In this document: one piece after another, positions 1 to 8,395 of the stretch
Layout of the letters: each line of letters starts with the position of its first letter
Numbering within the stretch: position 1 is the stretch's first letter
NCBI GenBank assembly: GCA_046485285.1
Contig: JAWOHE010000089.1
Coordinates: forward strand, 32,449 to 96,448
Source of the DNA: a bacterium
GTDB taxonomy: Bacteria; Hydrothermota; Tepidihabitantia; Tepidihabitantales; Tepidihabitantaceae
DNA: 64,000 nucleotides
Direction: 5' to 3'
Notes under the pieces: model-generated
Database searches by the model: none
What the model was told of the DNA's origin: nothing
The model's input: only the letters and a program-made list of their open reading frames with translations
Made by a program: the position numbers and the translations under genes

Positions 1-38
1 GGCCGCCTGCTGCTCAAGGTCCTGCTCTAGGGGCGGCG

Positions 39-1229
39 ATGCGCTGGTTGCTGCTGTCAGCCGTCCTGCTCGCGGCCGGGTGCTACTACCCGGCCTACTA
101 CCCGCCGGCCGGCGCGAGCTCGGCCCCGGCCGCGGACCGGCCCGAGGTCGTGCTGGCGGGCGGGGAGGGCACCGAGGTGCTGGCCGAGGGCGCGGGGGCA
201 ATCACCGTCCCGGGCGGGATCGACATCGCCCGCGACGCCGCGGTCTCCGACGCCCTGCGCAAGGCCGTCGAGCAGGGCGTCGGCACGTTCATCGACTCCG
301 AGACGCGGGTCGAGAACTGCCAACTGCTGTCCGACCGCATCTACTCGAAGTCGCGCGGCTACGTGTCATCCTACCGGGTCGTCACCGAGAGCCGGGACGA
401 TGGGCTCTACCGCGTCGTGGTCCGGGCGAAGGTGCGGACGAGCGACATCGAGAACGACCTCGCGGCAATCGGCATCCTGCTCCGCGAGCAGGGCCGGCCG
501 CGACTGATGGTCGTCGTCCGCGAAGTGCCGTCGGGCCCGGACCGGGGCGGCGGCGACCCGGCGATGCTCGAGACGATGCTCATCGACGCGTTCCAGGGCC
601 GGGGCTACCCGGTCGTCGACGCGGCGACGGTCGCCCGGAACATCGAGAAGGAACAGCTCCGGCTGATCCTCGAGGGCGACGACCGGACCGCGATGCTGGT
701 CGGAATGAAGACCGGCGCGGAAATCGTCGTCGCGGTCACGGCCGAGCGCTCGGTCGCGAGCCGGGTCATCGCCGGCACGGCGCGCGAGGTCTACCGGTTC
801 CGGGTCAGTGCCCGGGCGGTCAACGTCGAGAGCGGCGAGGTGCTGGGCGCGACGGCGCCGACGGTCGAACTGCCCTTCAGCGAGGACGAGGCCCGGCGCC
901 GGGCCGCGGACACGACGAGCGCGGCGCTCATCAGCCGGATTCTCGGCGGCTGGACCCGGCGCGAGAACGTCACCATCATCCAGGCGTCGAACGCGACCTT
1001 CGAGCGGGTCCAGCAGCTCCGGGACGAGGTCCGCGCGAAGCTCCGCGGCGTGACCCAGGTCATCAGCCGCGACCTGACCGGCAGCGCGGCGACGCTCGAG
1101 GTCGTCTCGGAGGCCTCGTCGCAGGAGGTCCTCGACGGACTCAGGACGCGAGGCATCGCGGTGCCGTTCGAGGTGCTGGGCCTGGCCGGCAACCGCATCG
1201 AAATCAGGTTCACCGGGGGGGCGGAGTGA
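39..1229 (+). CDS. hypothetical lipoprotein (signal peptide, LAAGC lipobox)
   Basis: 396-aa ORF. N-terminus MRWLLLSAVLLAAGC is typical of a lipoprotein signal. Globular alternating hydrophobic/charged composition. The stop overlaps the next start (GTGA). Confidence 0.55.
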   Translation: MRWLLLSAVLLAAGCYYPAYYPPAGASSAPAADRPEVVLAGGEGTEVLAEGAGAITVPGGIDIARDAAVSDALRKAVEQGVGTFIDSETRVENCQLLSDRIYSKSRGYVSSYRVVTESRDDGLYRVVVRAKVRTSDIENDLAAIGILLREQGRPRLMVVVREVPSGPDRGGGDPAMLETMLIDAFQGRGYPVVDAATVARNIEKEQLRLILEGDDRTAMLVGMKTGAEIVVAVTAERSVASRVIAGTAREVYRFRVSARAVNVESGEVLGATAPTVELPFSEDEARRRAADTTSAALISRILGGWTRRENVTIIQASNATFERVQQLRDEVRAKLRGVTQVISRDLTGSAATLEVVSEASSQEVLDGLRTRGIAVPFEVLGLAGNRIEIRFTGGAE

Positions 1230-2002
1230 GACGCGCGGCCGCGCTCGGGCTCGTCCTGCTCGCCGGGCTCGCCTGCGAGGACGGCTGGGAGACCCTGCTC
1301 GTCACCGCCCAGGTCACCCGGACGTTGGGGGTGCCGAGCAACACCGCCTCGGTGCTCATCGGCAAGGTCAGCCTCGTCAACGTCTTCTCGGACGACTGGC
1401 TCGAGACGCCGGACCCGGGCGACTCGACCTTCTGGCACCACGACCCGCTGCCGGCGCGGGTGACGCCGGTCGGCGAGGCGACGGTCCGGGTCGGCGACCG
1501 GTCGGTCGGCCAGCGCCTGCCCGGGGTCTACTTCCAGGCCGCGCTCGACCTCCGGTTCAAGGAGCGTTACGACCTTACGATCGAAACCGATGAGGGCAAG
1601 AGCGTTTCGGGTCGCGCCTGGCTGCCGGACAGCTTCGCGGTGACCGCGCCGGGCCAGGGCGCGACGCTCGACCCGGACTCGGTCCGGGTGACCTGGACCC
1701 GGTCGGACAGCGCGCACAGCTACATCGTCGCGGTCAACCCGGTCGACACGCTCAACCCGGCGCAGGGCTGGGCCGACGGGCTCACCGACACGACCTGCCT
1801 CGTGCCGCGGGCGGCGTTCGAGGACACGCTCGGCGGGCTCGCGCCGGGCGTCTTCTACGTCACGGTCAGCGCCATCAACGGCGGCTGGAAGAAGAGCACG
1901 CTCGACCTCCTGCTCGCGGGCGGCAACCTCACCGGCGCGGCCGGGACCTTCGGCTGCGCGACGATGCCGCCGCCGGTGCTCTTCACGGTCCGGGAACTCT
2001 GA
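1226..2002 (+). CDS. hypothetical lipoprotein, Ig/FN3-like
   Basis: GTG start overlaps the upstream stop. N-terminus VRRAAALGLVLLAGLACE (lipobox LAGLAC). Beta-rich segment '...VRVTWTRSDSAHSYIVAVNP...'. The track's longer 80..2002 frame has a non-protein-like N-terminus. Confidence 0.5.
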   Translation: MRRAAALGLVLLAGLACEDGWETLLVTAQVTRTLGVPSNTASVLIGKVSLVNVFSDDWLETPDPGDSTFWHHDPLPARVTPVGEATVRVGDRSVGQRLPGVYFQAALDLRFKERYDLTIETDEGKSVSGRAWLPDSFAVTAPGQGATLDPDSVRVTWTRSDSAHSYIVAVNPVDTLNPAQGWADGLTDTTCLVPRAAFEDTLGGLAPGVFYVTVSAINGGWKKSTLDLLLAGGNLTGAAGTFGCATMPPPVLFTVREL

Positions 2003-2026
2003 GCCGGGCGACCGCCGGCGCGGCGG

Positions 2027-2845
2027 TCAGCGGACGATGCGGCCGATGCGGCCGGGGCGGATGAGCCAGGGCGACAGCACGATGCGGGCGATGTTGGGCG
2101 GGTTCGACACCGCCGCGGACGAGAAGTACAGCACCAGCGGCTTGCCCCGGACGTAGGCGAGCGGCAGCGGCCCCCAGAACCGGCTGTCCTCGGAGTCGTC
2201 GCGGTTGTCGCCCATCATGAACAGGTGGCCGGGCGGGACGACGACCGGGCCGAAATCGTCGCGGACGTAGGGCGAGAGCCGGGTCCGGAAGAACCGGTCG
2301 TCCTCCCACGAGCGCTGGAAGCCGGCCGGCCGCGGTTCGAGGCCGGGCAGGCGGCGGTAGTCGCCGTGGCTGACGTAGCGCTCGGACTGGAGCCGGCCGT
2401 TGATGAAGAGCTGCTTGTTGCGATAGGCGACGGTGTCGCCGGCGACCGCCACGCAGCGCTTGACGAAGTTGTTCGGGATGTACCACTTGAGGGTCTGGGC
2501 CTCGCGGTCCCACCAGACCGGCAGGAGCGGGAGCCGCTCAGGGAAGATGCGGACGAACCGGCCGGCGGGCTCGGGTACGTCCGGCTCCTGGGGGAAGCGG
2601 AAGACGACGATGTCGCCGCGCTTCGGGTTCGTGACCGGGATTATCGTCCGGTGGGTGAAGGGCAGCTTGACACCGTAGATGAACTTGTTGACGATCATGA
2701 AGTCGCCGACCTGGATGGTCTCGAGCATCGAGCCGGTCGGGACCATGAAGCTCTCGACGAGGAAGCTCCGGATGATAAGGACGGCGACAATGACCGGCCC
2801 CCACTCGCGGGCCAGCCGGACGAAGAACGAGCCGATGCGCTTCAT
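2027..2845 (-). CDS. lepB: signal peptidase I (S26 family)
   Basis: 272 aa. N-terminal TM segment; 'PTGSMLETIQVGDFMIVNKF' (catalytic Ser box), 'RGDIVVFRFP', 'GDNRDDSEDSRFWGPLP' (box E). Classical LepB motifs. Confidence 0.9.
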   Translation of the reverse strand: MKRIGSFFVRLAREWGPVIVAVLIIRSFLVESFMVPTGSMLETIQVGDFMIVNKFIYGVKLPFTHRTIIPVTNPKRGDIVVFRFPQEPDVPEPAGRFVRIFPERLPLLPVWWDREAQTLKWYIPNNFVKRCVAVAGDTVAYRNKQLFINGRLQSERYVSHGDYRRLPGLEPRPAGFQRSWEDDRFFRTRLSPYVRDDFGPVVVPPGHLFMMGDNRDDSEDSRFWGPLPLAYVRGKPLVLYFSSAAVSNPPNIARIVLSPWLIRPGRIGRIVR

Positions 2846-2918
2846 CAGAAAAACGGGCGGCTATCCGCCTCCCTGAGGATAGACCAGCCGCGGCCGCAGT
2901 CAAGCCGGGCCGGCGGGG

Positions 2919-2946
2919 TTGACCCGCGAGCCGGGGCGGCTAGCCT
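2919..2946 (+). promoter_or_regulatory. sigma70-like promoter (TTGACC-N16-TAGCCT) upstream of the 2968 gene
   Basis: Read directly. The same TAGCCTGTT -10 context recurs at 14911. Confidence 0.3.
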
Positions 2947-2967
2947 GTTGCGCCGGGCACAACCGCA

Positions 2968-3618
2968 ATGACGACGTATCGCAGGCTCGAGCTCACCTGC
3001 CCCTGCTGCGGGGCGAAGTTCGAATCGACGACCTTCAACACGACCAACACCTTCGGGCCGATCTCGACCGAGTTCCAGCAGTTCGCGGTCGGCGCCTCGC
3101 CCCTGCCGCTGGTGATGCACGCCTGCGACGCGTGCGGCTACGCGGGCTACGAGACCGCGTTCGAGGCCGGGATGGTCGACGACGAGCTCCGGACGTGGGT
3201 CGGGCGCGAACTCACCCCGCGCCTCGCGCCGGGCGGGCGGCTCGGGGCCGGGGAGAGATACGCCCACGCCGCGATGATCGCCGGCCAGCGCGGCGAGGGC
3301 CCGGAGGCGGTTGCCGGCCTCTACCTCGCCGCGGCCTGGTGCGGCGGGCCCGGGGCGACCGACCACCGGCGCGAGGCGGCACGATGGTACGAGCGGGCCT
3401 TCGCCGAAGAATCCCTCCCGGCGGACCGGCAGGCGATCACCGCCTACCTCATCGGCGAAATCCACCGCCGCATCGGCAACCGGGCCGAGTCCGCGGCCTG
3501 GCTCGGCCGCGTGCCCGCCATCGCCGGCAACCGGCCCGAGCTCGCCGGGCTCGTCCGGCTCGCCCGCCGCCAGCTCGACGAACCGGGCGACTACATCACC
3601 CCGCCGGCTGACCGCTAG
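2968..3618 (+). CDS. zinc-ribbon protein with TPR-like C-terminus (DUF2225-like), hypothetical
   Basis: 216 aa. CPCC...(45 aa)...CDAC treble-clef-type pairs, then a helical repeat region (YLAAAWCGG...ITAYLIGEIHRRIGN). Confidence 0.5.
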   Translation: MTTYRRLELTCPCCGAKFESTTFNTTNTFGPISTEFQQFAVGASPLPLVMHACDACGYAGYETAFEAGMVDDELRTWVGRELTPRLAPGGRLGAGERYAHAAMIAGQRGEGPEAVAGLYLAAAWCGGPGATDHRREAARWYERAFAEESLPADRQAITAYLIGEIHRRIGNRAESAAWLGRVPAIAGNRPELAGLVRLARRQLDEPGDYITPPADR

Positions 3619-3634
3619 CACGCGCCCCTTCCCC

Positions 3635-3830
3635 TTGACTGCCCGGGCCTGACCGCTATGCTGGCGCACGATGATCAGGGCTCTCGCGCCCGACTCGCTC
3701 ATGCGGCTGGTCGAGACCTTCGACCGCAACCTCGCCACGACGGACAAGCAGATTGACGCGCTGGTGAATGAGGTGTATGGGCTGACGGAGGGGGAGATGA
3801 GGATTGTAGAATGTGCTGACCGCTGGGCGC
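3635..3830 (+). repeat. copy 1 of a ~190-bp unit carrying a promoter-like box plus a C-terminal tail remnant of an RM/BREX-type N6 DNA methyltransferase (…IDALVNEVYGLTEGEMRIVE)
   Basis: About 80% identical to 17010..17200 (ATGCTGGCGCACGATGATCAGGGCTC... shared). The encoded tail matches the characteristic ...idrLVyelYgLTeeEikiVE C-terminus of type IIG/BREX PglX-like methyltransferases. ORF 3671..3943 covers it. Confidence 0.5.
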
Positions 3831-3960
3831 GGCGGGCAGGTGCGTGTCGCGCGACTATGGCGACCGTGGCCGGGTCCAATTGGGGGGACTGCGGCAAGGC
3901 AACGCCCGGACCGTCGGCCCCGGGTCGCCGGGTAGTTGCGTGACAGACCCAGACCTTTAG

Positions 3961-4197
3961 CAGACTGTAATCACGGCGTCTGAGGTCAACCGGTACTTCT
4001 ACTGCCCGTACGCGTGGTGGTACGGGGACCGTGAGGTGGGGGCGGAGCGGAGGAAGCAGTTGAGGCGCGGACTGGACTATCACGCCCGGGTGGCCGGGTC
4101 CGCCGCCGCGCCGGCTCGCTGGGGCAGGCTGTTGCCCATCGCGGCCGTCGCGCTCGCGGCCGTCGCAATGGTCCTGCGCTTCTTCGGGGTCTGGTGA
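3961..4197 (+). pseudogene. N-terminal fragment of a Cas4/DUF83-like PD-(D/E)XK nuclease (ITASEVNRYFYCPYAWWY motif) lacking a canonical start codon
   Basis: Open frame after TAG 3958-3960 encodes QTVITASEVNRYFYCPYAWWYGDREV.... No ATG/GTG/TTG precedes the Cas4-type YxYCP motif. It ends TGA 4195-4197, overlapping GTG 4194 of the next ORF in another frame. Confidence 0.35.
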
Positions 4198-4742
4198 TGG
4201 CCGGCTACATCCTGCTCATCCTGGCCGGGCTCTGCCTGCTGTTGTGGCTTGCCCTGCCGCTCGTGTTCCCGCGTCGGGTCGCGGGCCTTCCACACGGCGA
4301 GGTTGTCTATTCCGGCCACGACAGCCGCGCAGAGTCCCTGCACGCGCCCGGCTTCGGCCTCTCCGGCAAGCCGGATTACGTCGTCAGGCAAGGCGAGGAG
4401 CTGGTCCCGGTGGAGCCCAAATCGGGCCGGGCTTCGAAGAAGCTGTACGACTCCGTCAGGATGCAGGTCATCGCGCAGGCGCTGCTGGTCGAGGCCGAGT
4501 TCGGGAAGCGCCCGACCCACGGCCTCGTCAAGTACCCGACGCGGACCTATAGGGTCGACGTGACGCCGCAGGACGTTGCCCGGCTCGAGGAAGCGCTCCA
4601 GGTGATGCGCCACGCCCGCGAGACGGGCATGGCACCAGACGCGCCGACGCCCCGGCACCTCTGCCCGACCTGCACGCGCGAGGCGTGTCCGAAGCGGGCC
4701 GGAGACAGGCAAGCAGCTCGCTCAACCCGCCCGACATCCTGA
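4194..4742 (+). CDS. PD-(D/E)XK nuclease, Cas4/DUF83-like C-terminal part (TM N-terminus, D..E.K core, CxxCx4C cluster)
   Basis: 182 aa. 'GKPDYVVRQGEELVPVEPKSG' (D-E-K), 'QVIAQALL' (Q motif), C-terminal 'CPTCTREAC'. Together with the upstream fragment this reconstitutes the 4-Cys Cas4 arrangement. Confidence 0.5.
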   Translation: MMAGYILLILAGLCLLLWLALPLVFPRRVAGLPHGEVVYSGHDSRAESLHAPGFGLSGKPDYVVRQGEELVPVEPKSGRASKKLYDSVRMQVIAQALLVEAEFGKRPTHGLVKYPTRTYRVDVTPQDVARLEEALQVMRHARETGMAPDAPTPRHLCPTCTREACPKRAGDRQAARSTRPTS

Positions 4743-4794
4743 CCCGCCAAACGGCGTCCAAGACCCGGCGCTTCTTGGCCTGAATCCTGACCGA

Positions 4795-4920
4795 GACCCC
4801 TAACCCCTATCCCCACCCGCATCCCCGGAGCGGTCCCCGGGGCGGTCCCCGGGGCCGTCCCCGGGGCGGCCCCCGGAACCGTCCCGGGGATATCCCCGGG
4901 GATATCCCCCCCTGCCGTCA
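4795..4920. repeat. GC-rich tandem 12-nt repeats (CCGGGGCCGTCC-like) plus 'ggggataggggtgggg' core; reverse-complement relative of 33540..34060
   Basis: Direct reading shows cccctatccccacccgcatccccgg then (cggtccccgggg)n, ending ggatatccccggggatatcccc. ORF 4547..4921(-) is only its translation. Confidence 0.6.
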
Positions 4921-5296
4921 AAGCCCAGCCGGTGTGCGACTTACGTTTCGGTGCCCAAAAAGGGTCCTGCGAGCGTCTCCTGCCCGACTACCCAGGGAGG
5001 GACTTGGCCCGAAGGTGCTGGCTGGGTCCGCCGCGACGTCTTCAGAGTCGCGGCCCGGAGGCGGAGGAGGGGAGAAACGACCTCTGACGTCAGATTGCCG
5101 AGGCGCATTGCAGAAGGAGAGGGATTTCAGGGGGTGTGTGCGAGGACAATGGCGCGGACTGGAGGCAAAGATACAGAGGAAGACGAGCGCGGAACGATGA
5201 GCGATGAATTCTGGACCATGGACCATGAACGACTGCCTGCACGGGTCGGAAAGGGATTTCTCCACATCGAACCGGAGAAACACCAAGACACAAAAA

Positions 5297-5325
5297 CCCG
5301 GCGCGGCGCGCCGGGAGTCCTCAGG
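5297..5325 (-). terminator. rho-independent terminator-like hairpin (CCCGGCGCG-GCG-CGCGCCGGG) followed by a T-run on the minus strand
   Basis: Plus strand reads acaaaaaCCCGGCGCGgcgCGCGCCGGGag; on the minus strand it is a stem followed by TTTTTGT. No annotated minus-strand gene is upstream. Confidence 0.4.
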
Positions 5326-5447
5326 ACGAATAAGGCCTCTTCCTCTTACCCACGCCGAAGGCGCGGTTTCACGGCGGCCCAGGCCACCGGGCTCCTGGTG
5401 CCTTGGCGGTTGGTCCTGCCCGGCCGCGGCGTGGAGGCGGCCGGGGC

Positions 5448-5476
5448 TTGACAGACGAGGCCGGGGCAGGAAGATG
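5448..5476 (+). promoter_or_regulatory. candidate promoter TTGACA-N17-AAGATG for the 5482 operon
   Basis: Strong -35 but weak -10. The downstream ATG at 5482 is preceded by AGGAAG. Confidence 0.25.
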
Positions 5477-5481
5477 GTAGG

Positions 5482-5700
5482 ATGAGCACGGCGCGCGCAC
5501 TCCTGCTGGCGCTGGTCCTCGAGGCGGCCGAGACGCCGGGACGGACCACTTTCCGCAAGCGGAAGTCGGACTATTTCGCGACACTCTTCCTCCTGCCGCA
5601 GGACTACGAGCTGTTCGGGCTGGTCGAGGCCGAGGACGGGCTCGACCTCCTGTGGCGGCCGACCGGCGCGCAGAGGCCGGCAGGGGCGGCCGGGCGATGA
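5482..5700 (+). CDS. small hypothetical protein (72 aa), first gene of the caspase-like operon
   Basis: ATG 5482. Its stop overlaps the next ATG (ATGA at 5697-5700). N-terminus MSTARALLLALVLEAA. Confidence 0.4.
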   Translation: MSTARALLLALVLEAAETPGRTTFRKRKSDYFATLFLLPQDYELFGLVEAEDGLDLLWRPTGAQRPAGAAGR

Positions 5701-6284
5701 GCGCGCCGCAGAAGTGCTGGCCCAAGCGGATCTTCTGCATCGAGGGCAACTGGGACGATAACCTCGCGACGACGAACTCGGTCCGGCCGGTGCTCGACCT
5801 GCTCGAAATCAACGCCGGGGTGAAGTACATCTACCGCGACTGCTCGACGCTCGAGGAGATCGAGTTCCTCGTCGACAAGTGGCGGCAGAAGGGCTACGGC
5901 GAGTACCGGATTCTCTACCTGGCGTTCCACGGCCGGGCGGGCGAGATCCGCATCAGCGGCCGCGCCTGCCTGACGCTCGAGGCGCTGGGCGAGCGGCTGG
6001 ACGGCCGGTGCCGCAACCGGCTGGTCTACTTCGGCGCGTGCTCGGTGCTGAGCGTGCCGGTGAAGCGGTTGCGGCGATTCCTCGACGCCTCGGGGGCGAA
6101 GGCGGTGTGCGGCTACAAGACCGAGGTCGACTGGATGAAGTCGACGGCGCTCGACCTCGTCGCGATGAGCGAGCTGCAGCGGCACGCGATGACCCGGGCC
6201 GGGCTGGCCGCGGCCGAAGCGGCAATCCGCCGGAGCACGCGGGCGCTGTCGGGCGAGCTCGGGTTCCGGATGCTCTACCACTGA
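5697..6284 (+). CDS. minimal caspase/CHAT-like (clan CD) cysteine peptidase domain protein
   Basis: 195 aa from ATG 5697. Clan-CD order and motifs: beta strand RIFCIEGNW; 'YRILYLAFHGRAGEI' (His-Gly); 'RNRLVYFGACSVL' (Ala-Cys after a hydrophobic strand, compare caspase KPKLFFIQACRG); 'AKAVCGYKTEVDW'. Confidence 0.55.
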   Translation: MSAPQKCWPKRIFCIEGNWDDNLATTNSVRPVLDLLEINAGVKYIYRDCSTLEEIEFLVDKWRQKGYGEYRILYLAFHGRAGEIRISGRACLTLEALGERLDGRCRNRLVYFGACSVLSVPVKRLRRFLDASGAKAVCGYKTEVDWMKSTALDLVAMSELQRHAMTRAGLAAAEAAIRRSTRALSGELGFRMLYH

Positions 6285-6287
6285 GCG

Positions 6288-6515
6288 ATGGCGCGGCCGG
6301 TTAGGGACCCGGAGCAGGAGCGGGGCGAGCGCATCCTGCGCGAGATGGCGCGGCTCGAGCGGCGCCTGCCCGAGACCCGGTACTGGCGGTGGCTGCCCTG
6401 GCTCTTGACCGCGCTGGTGCTGTTCGCGATCCTGTTCGTGCTCATGTCCAACACCGAGACGTTCCGGCTGGCCTGGACCCGGCTGGCCCGGCCCGACTCC
6501 CTGCCCGGGCGCTGA
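6288..6515 (+). CDS. small single-TM protein (75 aa)
   Basis: Starts 3 nt after the upstream stop. Charged N-terminus, then WRWLPWLLTALVLFAILFVLM. Confidence 0.5.
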   Translation: MARPVRDPEQERGERILREMARLERRLPETRYWRWLPWLLTALVLFAILFVLMSNTETFRLAWTRLARPDSLPGR

Positions 6516-6555
6516 ACCCAGGCCCGGCCCGGGCGGGTTCCCTGCCGCCGGTTCA

Positions 6556-6680
6556 TTTGACTTGACTCGGCCGCAGGATATCCTGAAGGCGTTCAGGGGG
6601 CCTGAAAGACGGCCCTGCGGCTTGTCCGTCAAGCCGTCGTTTTCAGAGTCGTTTACCCGGCAACGGCGGTCGCTCTGAAT
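6556..6680 (+). ncRNA. candidate short leader/sRNA: TTTGAC-N17-TATCCT promoter followed ~80 nt later by hairpin CGGCTTG-tccgt-CAAGCCG + TCGTTTTC
   Basis: Read directly from sequence. No ORF present. Lies 150 nt upstream of rocA. Confidence 0.2.
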
Positions 6681-6824
6681 CGCCGGAGTTCCCGGCGCAA
6701 GCGAAGCGCGCCCGAACGGGCCGCGCCGCGGCCGCGCGAGCTGTCCCCGGACAGCAGCCCGGAGTCAATAATAGCCGTTGCGATAAGTTGAAGCCGTAAG
6801 CCTAACCTTATTGCAGGAGGCGCA

Positions 6825-8369
<1,545 letters not shown>

Positions 8370-8395
8370 GCGCGCACCCGGAGAGGAGCAAGCCA

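Noticed and set aside
4547-4921. ORF 4547..4921(-) and ORFs 33724..34158 / 33738..33989(+) with '(GTVPGAAPGT)n' translations
   Set aside because: They are literal translations of the period-12 GC-rich tandem arrays in two orientations. They have no start context or globular sequence and are treated as repeats.
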